Origin: an uncultured Actinomycetes bacterium
Lineage (GTDB): Bacteria > Actinomycetota > Acidimicrobiia > IMCC26256 > PALSA-610
Direction: 5' to 3'
DNA length: 64,000 nt
Assembly (NCBI GenBank): GCA_963706745.1
Contig: CAVPMX010000004.1
Coordinates: 35,790-99,789, forward strand
The position numbers were made by a program, and so were the translations under genes. Position 1 is the first letter of the stretch, and each line of letters opens with the position of its first letter. This document shows positions 39,622 through 49,538 of this stretch, piece after piece. The notes under the pieces were generated by a model. The model searched no databases and was not told the origin of the DNA. It saw only the letters and a list, made by a program, of their open reading frames with translations.

Positions 39622-41619
39622 TTACGCGGCGCCGCCGGCGGTGCGTAGCGCCGGAAGCTCGATCGGCTCCGGCAGAGGGCGAATGCCGGCGGCCAACAGC
39701 GCTACCTCGGTGCCGTCCATCGCCCGGTCGTCGGGCACGAACACGACGAGCCCATCACGCCCGCGGGTGAGGAGGACCCGGTACGCGTTGCGGAGCAGGC
39801 GTTCGGGCTCATCGATCGGCTTCTTCCGGCGCACCGGAGTGAGAAGCCAGGAGCCGCCGTCCCAACGATGGTCGGCGCCCCAGGCGACGATCGGGAGATC
39901 GAGCTCGAGGCCCTGACAGCCGAACTCGGTTACGACCGAGTCGAGCGCGCAGCACGATTGGGGGTGATCCTTCGGCGCGTCGTACCACGGGCCGAACCTG
40001 ACCCGCTTTGTCGCCATCCAGCCGTTCTCGACGCCATGCCGTTCGAGGTTCCGCGCGTGGGAGGAGGCGATGATCCCGTACTTGGTGGCGGGCTCGTCTT
40101 CGTACCGCCAGCGCGTGTACGCCCGTGCCTCATCGAGGTCGCGGGTCAGGTACAAGGGGAATCCCTCTGCCTGCACGCGTGCTGCCAGCCGCGCTGCTCC
40201 GGCCAGATCATTGGCCAGGAGATGGTCGACCCAGTCGTGGAGGGTCGATGCACGACGCGAGCGGAGCGACACGGTGAGGTCGAGATCGTCGTTGGTGTGG
40301 ACTCTCTGCCCCGCGAACACCGCGCGCAGCTTCGTCGGGCAGTGCACATCCCATGCCGGGGAGTCTCGATGCGAGATGGCCGATTGCCACTGATCCATCC
40401 CTGCTTCCTCGCCGGCGTAGATCTCCTGCCCCTCCCCGACGAGTCCTACGAGAACCGCCCAGCGTTCGACCCGTGTAGCGGCTCCGATGAGCAGGTCGGG
40501 CTCGGAGGCGTCGATGCCCCGCTCGCGAGAGACGTGTTCTCGGTCCCACGCTCGCTGCGCCTCGTCGAAGACGATGATGTGCTCGCGCGGCACTCGTCCC
40601 TTCTTGCCGTAGTCGAGGATCACCTTGTGGAGGTCCTTGACGAAGACGGTGCTCTTGAGCGCGTATCGCAGCACCTCGACCAGCGGCCCGTTACCCGAGA
40701 GGAACGTCGCCTTGCCTTCGAGAGTGCTGCCCTCGTATACGAGGCGCAGCCCGACGAGGGTCTTGCCCGATCCGGGCACGCCGGTGACGAACGCCAGAGT
40801 CCGGCCCCCATCGGCTTCGCCGGATCTACAGAGGCCGAGCAGGTACTCGAGGGCCTGCGGTATGCCGGCTGAGAGCGCGGTGAAAACGTGGGGAAGGGGT
40901 TCGTGTCGGAAGATGCGCTTGGCGGCGGCCACGAGGGTCGGTAGTGGCTGGTAGGGAGACGAGAGCCATCGGTCGAGATCAATCGCGCCTTCGCCTGCGA
41001 ACTCGTGGAGGTACCGAGCAAGCGAGTCCGCCGAAGTGACGATCGTGCCGTCGTCGAGCCGGTCGGCCCACGCCTTGGCGCCCGCGAGTACGAGGATTGG
41101 CTGCACCACGAGACCATGTGTCTGCTCGTGGTAGTCGGCGAGGTCGCGGGCGTAAGCCCGGACCTGGTCGAGATCGCCGGCGCGCACGAGGCCGGCGCTC
41201 TTGAACTCGAGCACGATCACCGAGCGCCCTGCGAGGACTACGACGTCGGGCCGTCGGCCCCCCTCGAGCGGGAGCTCGTACTCGCACGCCATGCCCCAGT
41301 CGAGCGCGTCGGTGTCGACACCCACGCACTGCTGCAGCGACTCGAAGAGGCAGGTGTGCTCGTCGCGCCAGGCGGCCTGCTGCGACTGCGAGGCGTGGAG
41401 GTCTAGGAGCCGCAGCAGGTGATCGGCGAGGGAGGAGAGCCAGGCATCACGTGGGGTCGAGAGGAACTCCCTGACGGTGCCTGCCCAGCCCCAGCTGTCG
41501 GTCGATTGCACCGTCCCACCCACCTCGCTGGCGGCTCTCGTGGTCGGGGAGCTTAGCCATGTGGCGACGAGGCGTCGCTCGCGAATCACACCCCTGTAAT
41601 CGTCCCACCCCCCATTCAT
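39622..41619 (-). CDS. DUF2075-type (Schlafen-like) ATPase/helicase with N-terminal PD-(D/E)xK-like nuclease module; start uncertain
   Basis: ELPLEGGRRPDVVVLAGRSVIVLEFK (D...ExK), Walker A FVTGVPGSGKT, IIVFDEAQRAW, and C-terminal YRVLLTRGRDGLVVFVP. Confidence 0.8.
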   Translation of the reverse strand: MNGGWDDYRGVIRERRLVATWLSSPTTRAASEVGGTVQSTDSWGWAGTVREFLSTPRDAWLSSLADHLLRLLDLHASQSQQAAWRDEHTCLFESLQQCVGVDTDALDWGMACEYELPLEGGRRPDVVVLAGRSVIVLEFKSAGLVRAGDLDQVRAYARDLADYHEQTHGLVVQPILVLAGAKAWADRLDDGTIVTSADSLARYLHEFAGEGAIDLDRWLSSPYQPLPTLVAAAKRIFRHEPLPHVFTALSAGIPQALEYLLGLCRSGEADGGRTLAFVTGVPGSGKTLVGLRLVYEGSTLEGKATFLSGNGPLVEVLRYALKSTVFVKDLHKVILDYGKKGRVPREHIIVFDEAQRAWDREHVSRERGIDASEPDLLIGAATRVERWAVLVGLVGEGQEIYAGEEAGMDQWQSAISHRDSPAWDVHCPTKLRAVFAGQRVHTNDDLDLTVSLRSRRASTLHDWVDHLLANDLAGAARLAARVQAEGFPLYLTRDLDEARAYTRWRYEDEPATKYGIIASSHARNLERHGVENGWMATKRVRFGPWYDAPKDHPQSCCALDSVVTEFGCQGLELDLPIVAWGADHRWDGGSWLLTPVRRKKPIDEPERLLRNAYRVLLTRGRDGLVVFVPDDRAMDGTEVALLAAGIRPLPEPIELPALRTAGGAA

Positions 41620-41666
41620 ACTGCAGACCGTTGGAAGCGGCAGCGACGAGTGGGAGGGAAGGGGTC

Positions 41667-42224
41667 ATGGCGAAGTCAAACGGGGCTCGGTCGGCACGGC
41701 GCACGACCGGCGACAACATCGTTCTGGTCGCACAGGAGCGCACCTTGCACCTGGTCGACCTGGAGAACCTGCTCGGGGACCCTTGGGCCACCGGCCCGCG
41801 CGTGGGGTGGGCCCTCGAGCAGTACTTCGAGGTGGCGGGTTGGCGGACGGGCGACCTCGTGTACGTCGCCGCCAACCCTCACCTCGTCAAGGAGTTCTGC
41901 TTCGACCCGCCGGTCGGCTGGAGCCTGCACGCGGCGCGTGGCCCCGACGGCGCCGACATCGCGCTGCTGGCGCACGCCGCTCCGGAGTTCGTCGCCCGGC
42001 GCGCCGGGCGGATGGTCGTGGGCAGCGGCGATCACATATTTGCCGAGCGTGCGCAGCGCGTAGCGGATTCGGGCGTCGCCGTCTTGGTCGTGGCCCGGCC
42101 GGAGTCGCGGTCGTGGCAGCTGGCGCAGTTCCCGTTCCGGCCGTTCGCCCCGGCGGCGCCCGGCGGCGGTGCCGCAGAGTCTGCGGTGTCGCGGGCTGAT
42201 AGCGGTGGTGCACTCGCGGCCTGA
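41667..42224 (+). CDS. NYN/LabA-like (PIN-related) domain protein
   Basis: ATG 41667. HLVDLENLLG...GPDGADIALL...MVVGSGDHIFAERA is the NYN-type acidic-residue pattern. It is divergent from the DUF2075 gene across 47 bp. Confidence 0.65.
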   Translation: MAKSNGARSARRTTGDNIVLVAQERTLHLVDLENLLGDPWATGPRVGWALEQYFEVAGWRTGDLVYVAANPHLVKEFCFDPPVGWSLHAARGPDGADIALLAHAAPEFVARRAGRMVVGSGDHIFAERAQRVADSGVAVLVVARPESRSWQLAQFPFRPFAPAAPGGGAAESAVSRADSGGALAA

Positions 42225-42249
42225 CCGGGGCGATGGTGTGGGGCGTCAA

Positions 42250-42846
42250 CTACAGCGCGCGTGGCCCGGGGTCGCCGAACTCCTCGGTGACGTAGCGAGA
42301 CACCCGCGTGCCGCGTGGCCAGTCGCCCGGGTGCATGCCGGCCTTCCGCCACAGAACGGAGAGGAACTCGGCGACGTCGTCGACCTTCGGCCAGACGGAC
42401 GGGAGGAGCGTCGACCGGTGGCCGGGAGCATCGAGGAGGAGACCGTCGATGCCGGGACGGACGGCACCGGCAACCTCGGCGCAGGAGTCCGCCGCGATCG
42501 GCTCGGCTGCCGAGAGCACCGAGACCTTGATCGACATCTCGATGAAGTCGCGCTCTGTCACGGCCGGCATCCGAGGATCCGAGAAGGCGGCGCCCAACGC
42601 GTGGTACGCGACGTCGACGGCGAGCGCCCTACACGCCTCCAGCGTCCCGATGCAGCCGAGGAGAGCGGAGTCTCGCTCCAGCGTCACGAAGGTGGCGGCC
42701 TCCACCTGTAGATCGGCGTGACAGTCGGCGGGGTCCGGGAGAGCCTGTACGCCTGTGGATAGGGCGCCACCGATCGCGTCCGCCGCGATGTCGAGGAGTG
42801 TCCGCTGGTGCGCCGCGTCGAGCCGAGGAGCGTCGGGGAGGGTCAT
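42250..42846 (-). CDS. AmmeMemoRadiSam system protein A (AMMECR1 domain)
   Basis: ATG 42846. ATFVTLERDSALLGCIGTLEA...LSAAEPI...GIDGLLLDAPGHRSTLLPSVW. Confidence 0.85.
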   Translation of the reverse strand: MTLPDAPRLDAAHQRTLLDIAADAIGGALSTGVQALPDPADCHADLQVEAATFVTLERDSALLGCIGTLEACRALAVDVAYHALGAAFSDPRMPAVTERDFIEMSIKVSVLSAAEPIAADSCAEVAGAVRPGIDGLLLDAPGHRSTLLPSVWPKVDDVAEFLSVLWRKAGMHPGDWPRGTRVSRYVTEEFGDPGPRAL

Positions 42847-43637
42847 GTCGCCGACTCCCAGAACCCGACAGCGCAGTAGCCGACGACGCGATCGTGTGAT
42901 CCCGCTGTGTCGCCGGACGAGCGTAGGTCGAGGAGGCGCGCCTCCAGTCCCCGGGAACCGGCGACTCGGAGGAGTCCCCGGAGCGCGTAGGCGCCACAGG
43001 CGTCGCGGTCTGCGATGCCCTCGACGTCGAGAGCGGTGATGGCTCGTGCGGTGCGCAGGTCGCAATCGGCGGCGGACTCGTAGTCGAGGTAGTGACTGAG
43101 ATCGGTGCTGACGACGACGAGGGTCTCGGGGCCGCCCCAGAGCGAGTCGAGCAGACGGGCGACGATCTCGACGTCGGGCGCGCCGACGACGAGCGGGAGC
43201 ACCTTGAAGCTCCCCAGAGTGCGCTGCAGGAAGGGCAGGTGCACCTCGATGCTGTGCTCGGGAGCGTGGGCCGCGTCGTCGATCTCGACGCCGGGCAGGG
43301 TGAGTGCGATCTCGCGTGCTGCGCCGTCGATCTCGACCGGACCCAGGGGGGTCAGGAACGCGTCTACCGCCGGAACGGCGAGTCTGCCGACGTGGACGCG
43401 GTGCGCGGGGCCGAGGAGCACCACACGGGTGATGGTCGTGCGGGCGGCCGCAAGCGTCGCGTAGCCGCTGCCTGCCACCGGTCCCGAGTACGAGTACCCG
43501 GCGTGAGGCACGACGAGTGCCTTCGGCGCAGGCCCTTCGTAGCGTGCAGAGGCGATGTAGGTGTCGACTCCGGCGCTGAGCGACTTCGGCTCTCCCGGGT
43601 AGAACGTGTCGGCGACCGCGGGCGCGCGGGTCCTCAT
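42843..43637 (-). CDS. AmmeMemoRadiSam system protein B (MEMO1 family)
   Basis: ATG 43637. VADTFYPGEP...ALVVPHAGYSYSGPVAG...LLGPAH...EHSIEVHLPFL...STDLSHY. There is a 4-nt overlap with protein A. Confidence 0.88.
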   Translation of the reverse strand: MRTRAPAVADTFYPGEPKSLSAGVDTYIASARYEGPAPKALVVPHAGYSYSGPVAGSGYATLAAARTTITRVVLLGPAHRVHVGRLAVPAVDAFLTPLGPVEIDGAAREIALTLPGVEIDDAAHAPEHSIEVHLPFLQRTLGSFKVLPLVVGAPDVEIVARLLDSLWGGPETLVVVSTDLSHYLDYESAADCDLRTARAITALDVEGIADRDACGAYALRGLLRVAGSRGLEARLLDLRSSGDTAGSHDRVVGYCAVGFWESAT

Positions 43638-43654
43638 GCCGGCCTCGTTGGATC

Positions 43655-44816
43655 TCACCGAACGACCTCGAAGTCGGCGAGGCGGACAGGGAGACGGCGG
43701 GCGCCCCACGACCCGGGGTAGCCCTCGAAGACCCCCGCAACCGGCGTTCCGCATGCTGCACAACGACCCTCGTCGGTGACCCGGTAGCTCCCGAGAACGT
43801 ACTGGTCGCGCTCGACCAGGAGCCGGTCGCAGGTGTGGCAGTACGTGCTACCGCCGTCGGGGTCGTGGACGTTCCCGGTGTAGACGTGACGGATCCCGTT
43901 CCGCTTGGCGAGCTCCCGGGCGCGGCGGAGTGTCGAGTGCGGGGTCGGCGCGATGTCGAGCATCTTGAAGTCGGGATGGAATGCCGTGAAGTGGAGCGGG
44001 ACGTCGGGGCCGAGATGCTCGACGATCCAGAGCGTCATCGCGTCGAGCTCTTCGTCGGAGTCGTTCTTCCCGGGGATGAGGAGCGTGGTGATCTCCAGCC
44101 AGACGTCGGTCTCGTTGGCCAGGTACTCCAGAGTGTCGAGGACCGGCTTCAGGTGGCCACCCGAGAGGCGCAGGTAGAAGTCGTCGTTGAAGGCCTTGAG
44201 GTCTACGTTCGCCGCGTCGACGTGCTCGAAGAGCTCTCGGCGCGGCTCTTCGCAGACATACCCGGCGGTCACGGCGACCGTCTTGACCCCGCGCTCGTGG
44301 CAGGCCCGGGCGACGTCGATCGCGTACTCGAGGAAGATGACGGGGTCGTTGTAGGTGAATGCCACGCTGCCGCGCACCGAGCGACTCGGCGGCGCGGGCG
44401 ATGGTCTCGGGCGAGGCAGCGTCGGCCAGGGTGTCGGTCTCGCGCGACTTGGAGATGTCCCAGTTCTGGCAGAAGCGGCAGGCGAGATTGCACCCCGCAG
44501 TGCCGAACGACAGCACCCCGGAGCCCGGCAGGAAGTGGTTGAGTGGCTTCTTCTCGATCGGATCTACGCAGAAGCCGCTCGATCGCCCGTAGGTAGTCAG
44601 CACGATCCCGTCGTCGCGGCGAGCGCGGACGAAGCAGAGGCCGGCCTGGCCGTCACGGAGCTTGCATGCCCGCGGGCAGACGTCGCACTGGACCCGACCG
44701 TCGGTCAGGGCGTGCCAGTACTTCGTGGGGGCGCCCGCTGCGTAGCTCATCTCCCGAGAGAACAAGCCGAACGGCCGTTCGCATTCCCGGAGAAGGGCGG
44801 CTTCCCGCATCGACAC
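43655..44816 (-). pseudogene. AmmeMemoRadiSam system radical SAM enzyme, frame break near 44370-44378
   Basis: The N-terminal part (ORF 43848..44816) has GCNLACRFCQNWDIS. The C-terminal part (ORF 43655..44377) has GSVAFTYNDPVIFLEYAID...TLLIPGKNDSDEEL...VPLHFTAFHPDFKM. They join only with a 1-nt shift in GGTGCGCGGCAGC. Confidence 0.85.
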
Positions 44817-44865
44817 CCCCCGCCTCGAAGGCGCGTGCCGAGCGGACTCAGCTACGGCTCCAGCG

Positions 44866-46230
44866 CTAGGCCCTCCAATCGGCGCGCACGAAGACGTCGA
44901 TCAGCCCGTTGGTGTCGCCGCGCACGAGGTTCGTCGCGGACGACTCGAACACCACGTCGGATCCATCGCCCGTCATTACGGTCGCGAGACAGGTCCCATC
45001 GGCCAGACGCCCGGAAGTGTTGCGGCTGACGACCTTGCGCGAACCGGTTCGTCGGTCCCAGACGTACGCCTGGTCGATCCCGTGCGTCGGCCTGGAGGTC
45101 AGATCGGTCGCGGTAGTGAAGGCTACGAAGCGACCTCCGGCATTCATGGAGGGGAAGGTGGCTCCGTAGTTGGTCCCCGAGACACGACGTGAGATCAGGT
45201 ACGTGCGGCCCGTAGAGCGGTTGCGCACGTAGACCTGCCCGTTGGTGGGGGCGCCGCCGACGATCGGGTGCCCTTGGTGGCTGCACACGAACGCTACGAC
45301 GCTCGCGTCCCGGTCGATTGCGGGGATCTCACCGTCGCAGTGACCGTTGTTCTGCACCCGCCCGCTGTGGCCTCCGACGCTCACACGCTCCACGACGTTT
45401 GTGGAACGTCGGAGCACATACACGTCGCCCTTGCCGTTCGTGTCGGCCGGCACGAGCCTCGCCGTCGAAGTGAACGCCACTGAGCGACCATCGGCGGAGA
45501 TGACCGGCCTGTCGCAGGCCTGAGATCCGTCGGCCGATCGATACCCGGCGGTCGGACGGCATGCGAGCCTCGTTCTGTCGGTCGACGGGTCGCGCACGTA
45601 CACGCGATCGCGTATGGGCGACATGCCGGGGAGCAGATCGGTAGCGCCCGACGCGAACGCAACGATGCCGGAGTCGCTGACGGTGGGTTCGTCGGCGCCG
45701 TAGTTCGCTGCCGTGATCGCCGTGTGGTTCCGCGCACTCGCGAGGACGATCGCCCCGGTACGGCGGTCCTTCCGATACACCTGATCCGAGGTCGTGACAC
45801 CGGGAACGAGATTCGTTGCCTCCGACTCGAAGACGATCCACCGGCCGTTGTCGGAGATCGCAGGCTGGGTCGACTGGTCGTTGGCCTGACCGCCCGTCGC
45901 ACGAGTGCTGACGCGCTGCGTCGTACCGTCCACCCGATCGCGCAGGAAGACATCGGCTTGTCCGTTCGTGTCGTTGCGGACGAGATTGCGTGACTCCGAG
46001 ACGAACACGACGAAGCGCCCGGTAGCGCTCACGTCGACGGTTCTCCGACCGAATCGCTCTACAAGGCCGCCGAAGTCGGCTGCCTGGTGCTCCGCCGACG
46101 ACACGTTGACCCGTCGCGTCGGTCCTGCCGCTCCTGCTGACGCGATCGGAGTGAGGCTGCCTAGGGGAAGCGCGATGGTGAAGACGAGGGCGAGGCATGC
46201 GGCGCTCCGGCTCGCGGCGGTGAGCTTCAT
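44866..46230 (-). CDS. secreted TolB-like beta-propeller repeat protein
   Basis: Signal peptide; repeated SxDGRxVAFxSxAxNLVxxDTNGxxDVFV units (PD40-like). Confidence 0.75.
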   Translation of the reverse strand: MKLTAASRSAACLALVFTIALPLGSLTPIASAGAAGPTRRVNVSSAEHQAADFGGLVERFGRRTVDVSATGRFVVFVSESRNLVRNDTNGQADVFLRDRVDGTTQRVSTRATGGQANDQSTQPAISDNGRWIVFESEATNLVPGVTTSDQVYRKDRRTGAIVLASARNHTAITAANYGADEPTVSDSGIVAFASGATDLLPGMSPIRDRVYVRDPSTDRTRLACRPTAGYRSADGSQACDRPVISADGRSVAFTSTARLVPADTNGKGDVYVLRRSTNVVERVSVGGHSGRVQNNGHCDGEIPAIDRDASVVAFVCSHQGHPIVGGAPTNGQVYVRNRSTGRTYLISRRVSGTNYGATFPSMNAGGRFVAFTTATDLTSRPTHGIDQAYVWDRRTGSRKVVSRNTSGRLADGTCLATVMTGDGSDVVFESSATNLVRGDTNGLIDVFVRADWRA

Positions 46231-46526
46231 CTAGGTCTCCCGTGGGTGGTGCTGCGTGGCCGCTCATGTGAGAGCCGTCGATCGACTGATCTGACATCTT
46301 CTCGGCCGTGCAACGCGATAGCGGCTACGCGAACGAGGCACCGAGCAGCGCGGACTGTCGCGGTGAGGCTACTCGGAGTGCGGTTCGCGCGCTCTGTAGT
46401 GCCCCCCACCGCGGAAGCCGGGATCCCGGGGCGCACCTACGGCGGAATGAATGAGTCGAAGCGGCGGACGCGTTCCACGCGATGTGTCAGACTGCGCGCA
46501 TGGTGGGTGGGGCACCCAGGACGAGA

Positions 46527-47087
46527 ATGACGAACCTCCTCGACAACCGCTTCGACGAGGCACTGGATCTTGCAGTGCGGGCGCACCGGTTGCGACCGCG
46601 GGCGGAGACCTCGGTGCCGCACATCGGGCACCTGCTCGCAGTGGCGTCGCTCGTGATCGACGACGGTGGCGACACCGACCAGGCGATAGCCGCTCTTCTT
46701 CACGACGTCGCGATCGACGGTGACGACTCGATCGCCGAGGTCGGGAGGCTCTTCGGATCACGTGTCGAGCGGATCGTCAGAGCCGTGGATGGTGGCCGGC
46801 GGCCACCTTGGAGCGTCTGGCGCCAGGTCAAGTCGGAGCATGTAGCCGGCATCCCGAGTGCTCCGCCGGAGTCCTGGCGGGTCTCACTTGCCGACGCCCT
46901 CAGTGAGGCCCGCTACGTGCTCGTCGAGCTGCGCGAACATGGTCCGCTCGCGTACGGCGCGGAGCAGGGGCGTGCGTTGCAGTGGTATCACCGCGCCCTC
47001 GCCGATGCCTATGCAGGACTCGTTCCGGGCCCGATGCGCGACGAGTACGAACGCGTGGTCTCCGAGATCGAGTCGACTACCTGGTAG
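46527..47087 (+). CDS. HD-domain protein
   Basis: ATG 46527. VPHIGHLLAVASLV...AALLHDVAID gives the H...HD pattern. Confidence 0.7.
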   Translation: MTNLLDNRFDEALDLAVRAHRLRPRAETSVPHIGHLLAVASLVIDDGGDTDQAIAALLHDVAIDGDDSIAEVGRLFGSRVERIVRAVDGGRRPPWSVWRQVKSEHVAGIPSAPPESWRVSLADALSEARYVLVELREHGPLAYGAEQGRALQWYHRALADAYAGLVPGPMRDEYERVVSEIESTTW

Positions 47088-47141
47088 CACCTCGGCGCCG
47101 CGGCCCGGGTAGGGTCGGAGCGCGATCTGACAGGGGGTGCC

Positions 47142-47336
47142 ATGAGGATCGAGATCGACTTCGACCGGTGTGAGAGCAACGCCGTGTGCATGGACATCGC
47201 GCCGCAGGTGTTCGAGGTCCGAGACGACGACTTTCTCTACTTGCTGCAGGAGAGCCCGCCAGAAGACCTCCGCCCGTTGGTCGAGGAGGCGGTCAGGACC
47301 TGCCCCAAGCAGGCGATCTCGATTCACGACGACTGA
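47142..47336 (+). CDS. small ferredoxin (single-cluster, actinobacterial P450-partner type)
   Basis: MRIEIDFDRCESNAVCMDIAPQVFEV...AVRTCPKQAISI has a CxxxxxC...CP arrangement. 64 aa. Confidence 0.8.
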   Translation: MRIEIDFDRCESNAVCMDIAPQVFEVRDDDFLYLLQESPPEDLRPLVEEAVRTCPKQAISIHDD

Positions 47337-47365
47337 CACCTGGCAGACGCGCCCCGATCCGGCGG

Positions 47366-49453
47366 TCAGTACGACAACAGGGCGCGCAGGTCGCGGGTGA
47401 TGTCGCGGACCTGGGGGAGGATCGCGTCTTCCAGGGTCGGCTCGTAGGCGACCGGAACATCGGCGGCCGCAAGTCGCCAGACGGGCGCGTCGAGGTGCTC
47501 GAAGCACTCGTCGGCGACGAACGCGGCCACCTCCGCGCCGAAGCCACCGGTGAGCGTGTCCTCGTGCAGCACGAGCACGCGGCCCGTGCGTCGAACCGAC
47601 TCCGCGACGATCTCGCGATCCCACGGGGCGATGGTACGCAGGTCGACGACCTCCACTCCCGACCCGTCAGCGCCGAGATCCTGCAGGGCGAGAACGGCCC
47701 TGTGCACCGTCGCCCCCCAGGTCACGACCGTCGCACGGTCGCCACGCGTCACGTACGCGCCACGCCCGAACGGCAGCTCCCAGCCCATCGGCGGCATCGC
47801 GTCGCGGTTGTAGCCCTGGCGGTACAGATGCTTGTGCTCGAGGAAGAGGACCGGGTCTTCGCAGCGAAAGGCGGTACGCAGGAGGCCTACGGCGTCGCGC
47901 GCGCGCGAAGGGAATGCCACGAGGAGTCCGGGGCAGTGGGCGAATATCGACTCACCGCACTGCGAGTGCCAGATCGAACCGCCGGTCAGGTAGCCACCAA
48001 TCGCGATGCGCACGACCATCGGGCAGCTGAACTCGCCGTTCGAGCGCCAGCGAGTCGTGGCGGCCTCGGAGCGGATCTGGTTCATGGCCGGCCACACGTA
48101 GTCGAAGAACTGGATCTCGGGGCAGGGGCGCAGACCCCTTACGGCCTGACCGACTGCCCTGCCGATGATGTTGGCCTCGGCGAGGGGCGTGTTGAAGCAA
48201 CGAGCGTCGCCGAACTCGCGTTGGAGGCCGAGAGTGATCCCGAAGACCCCTCCCTTGCCCGGGACCTGGTCGAGGACGGCCGGGTCGGCGTCGGCGACGT
48301 CTTCTCCGAAGACCCGGATCCGCTCGTCCGCCTCCATCGCCTCGTGGAGGGTGCTTCGGATCGCGTCGCCCATCGTCACGGGCTCGCCGCCGACCGGTGG
48401 ATCCGGGGGAGCACGATGTGTGGGAACCGAACCGAAGAGCCGGTCGGTCGCGGAGCGCGGGTCGGGACGCGCTCCTGCGAGTGCGGTCTCGGCGGCTGCG
48501 CGCACGAGGTCCTTGGCCTCCTGGCGCATGCGGGCGACATCGTCGCCCGTAGTCGCACCCGCCTCGATCAACGCGCGTTCGAGGACGAGGATCGGGTCGT
48601 GCTCCACCTCGTCGAGCAGCTCGGGGCCCGCTCGGTACTTCTTCTGGTCGTCGGAGAGTGAGTGCGAGTAGGGCCGCGTGACGGTCGCGTGGATGAGGCA
48701 CGGGCCTATGCCGGCGCGGGTGTGCGAGACGGCGTCAGCACCGGCATGCCGCACCTCGGTGTAGTCCCGCCCGTCTATGCGGGTGACGCGCAGGCCGCGG
48801 ATGCCTGCGACCATCTCCGATACGGGAGCAGGCGACTGCTCGGCGGCACGCACGGAGATCGCGTAGCCGTTGTCGGCTACGACGTACAGGACGGGCAGGT
48901 GCAGGCGGCATGCCGTGTTGAGGCTCTCCCAGAACTCGCCTTCCGAAGTGGCGCCCTCGCCGAGTGAGACGTAGACCAGCTCGTCGCCGTGGGCGGTGCA
49001 CCCGGGTAAGGAGCGGCGGCTCGCATAGCGCGCAGCCTCGGCGCAGCCGACGGCGGGGAGGCACTGGCTCCCCGTAGGGCTGGTCTGACTGACGATGTTG
49101 AGCCGCTTGGATCCCCAGTGGCAAGGCATCTGCCGACCGCCGGATGCGGGGTCGTCGGCGGACCCGACTGCCTGGAGGAGGATCTCGGTCGGCGTGACAC
49201 CGAGGCCGAGCACGAGAGCTCGATCGCGGTAGTACGGGTAGAACCAGTCGTAGCCGGGGCGCAGGGAGCGGGCGAGGCCGAGGCCGAGTGCCTCGTGCCC
49301 GGCACCAGAGATCTGGAAGTAGACGCGGCTCTGCCGCCTGAGTGCGATCTCGCGGTCGTCGAGTTCGCGTGAGACCAGGGCGAGTCGGTAGTCGGCGATT
49401 GCCTCGTCGGCGGGGACGCCGTCGGCTAGGAGTCGGGTCGGCGTCGTGGCCAT
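47366..49453 (-). CDS. 2-oxoacid dehydrogenase E1 component, fused alpha and beta subunits
   Basis: ATG 49453. The alpha part carries the TPP region SLGEGATSEGEFWESLN. The beta part has CFNTPLAEANIIGRAVG and a C-terminal transketolase-like domain. Confidence 0.88.
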   Translation of the reverse strand: MATTPTRLLADGVPADEAIADYRLALVSRELDDREIALRRQSRVYFQISGAGHEALGLGLARSLRPGYDWFYPYYRDRALVLGLGVTPTEILLQAVGSADDPASGGRQMPCHWGSKRLNIVSQTSPTGSQCLPAVGCAEAARYASRRSLPGCTAHGDELVYVSLGEGATSEGEFWESLNTACRLHLPVLYVVADNGYAISVRAAEQSPAPVSEMVAGIRGLRVTRIDGRDYTEVRHAGADAVSHTRAGIGPCLIHATVTRPYSHSLSDDQKKYRAGPELLDEVEHDPILVLERALIEAGATTGDDVARMRQEAKDLVRAAAETALAGARPDPRSATDRLFGSVPTHRAPPDPPVGGEPVTMGDAIRSTLHEAMEADERIRVFGEDVADADPAVLDQVPGKGGVFGITLGLQREFGDARCFNTPLAEANIIGRAVGQAVRGLRPCPEIQFFDYVWPAMNQIRSEAATTRWRSNGEFSCPMVVRIAIGGYLTGGSIWHSQCGESIFAHCPGLLVAFPSRARDAVGLLRTAFRCEDPVLFLEHKHLYRQGYNRDAMPPMGWELPFGRGAYVTRGDRATVVTWGATVHRAVLALQDLGADGSGVEVVDLRTIAPWDREIVAESVRRTGRVLVLHEDTLTGGFGAEVAAFVADECFEHLDAPVWRLAAADVPVAYEPTLEDAILPQVRDITRDLRALLSY

Positions 49454-49538
49454 CGCGGGTCGCTCACCCCCAGCTCGGTGTCCCGGCATCACAGGATACG
49501 GCGGCGCGGGTGACGGGACCGGCGTACCCTCGTGCGCA

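Noticed and set aside
49446-49538. Track start (GTG 49446) for the E2-like ORF
   Set aside because: It would overlap the divergent E1 start codon region, and the first ~30 codons are low-complexity. A later in-frame GTG (49539) is used instead, but the true start is unknown.
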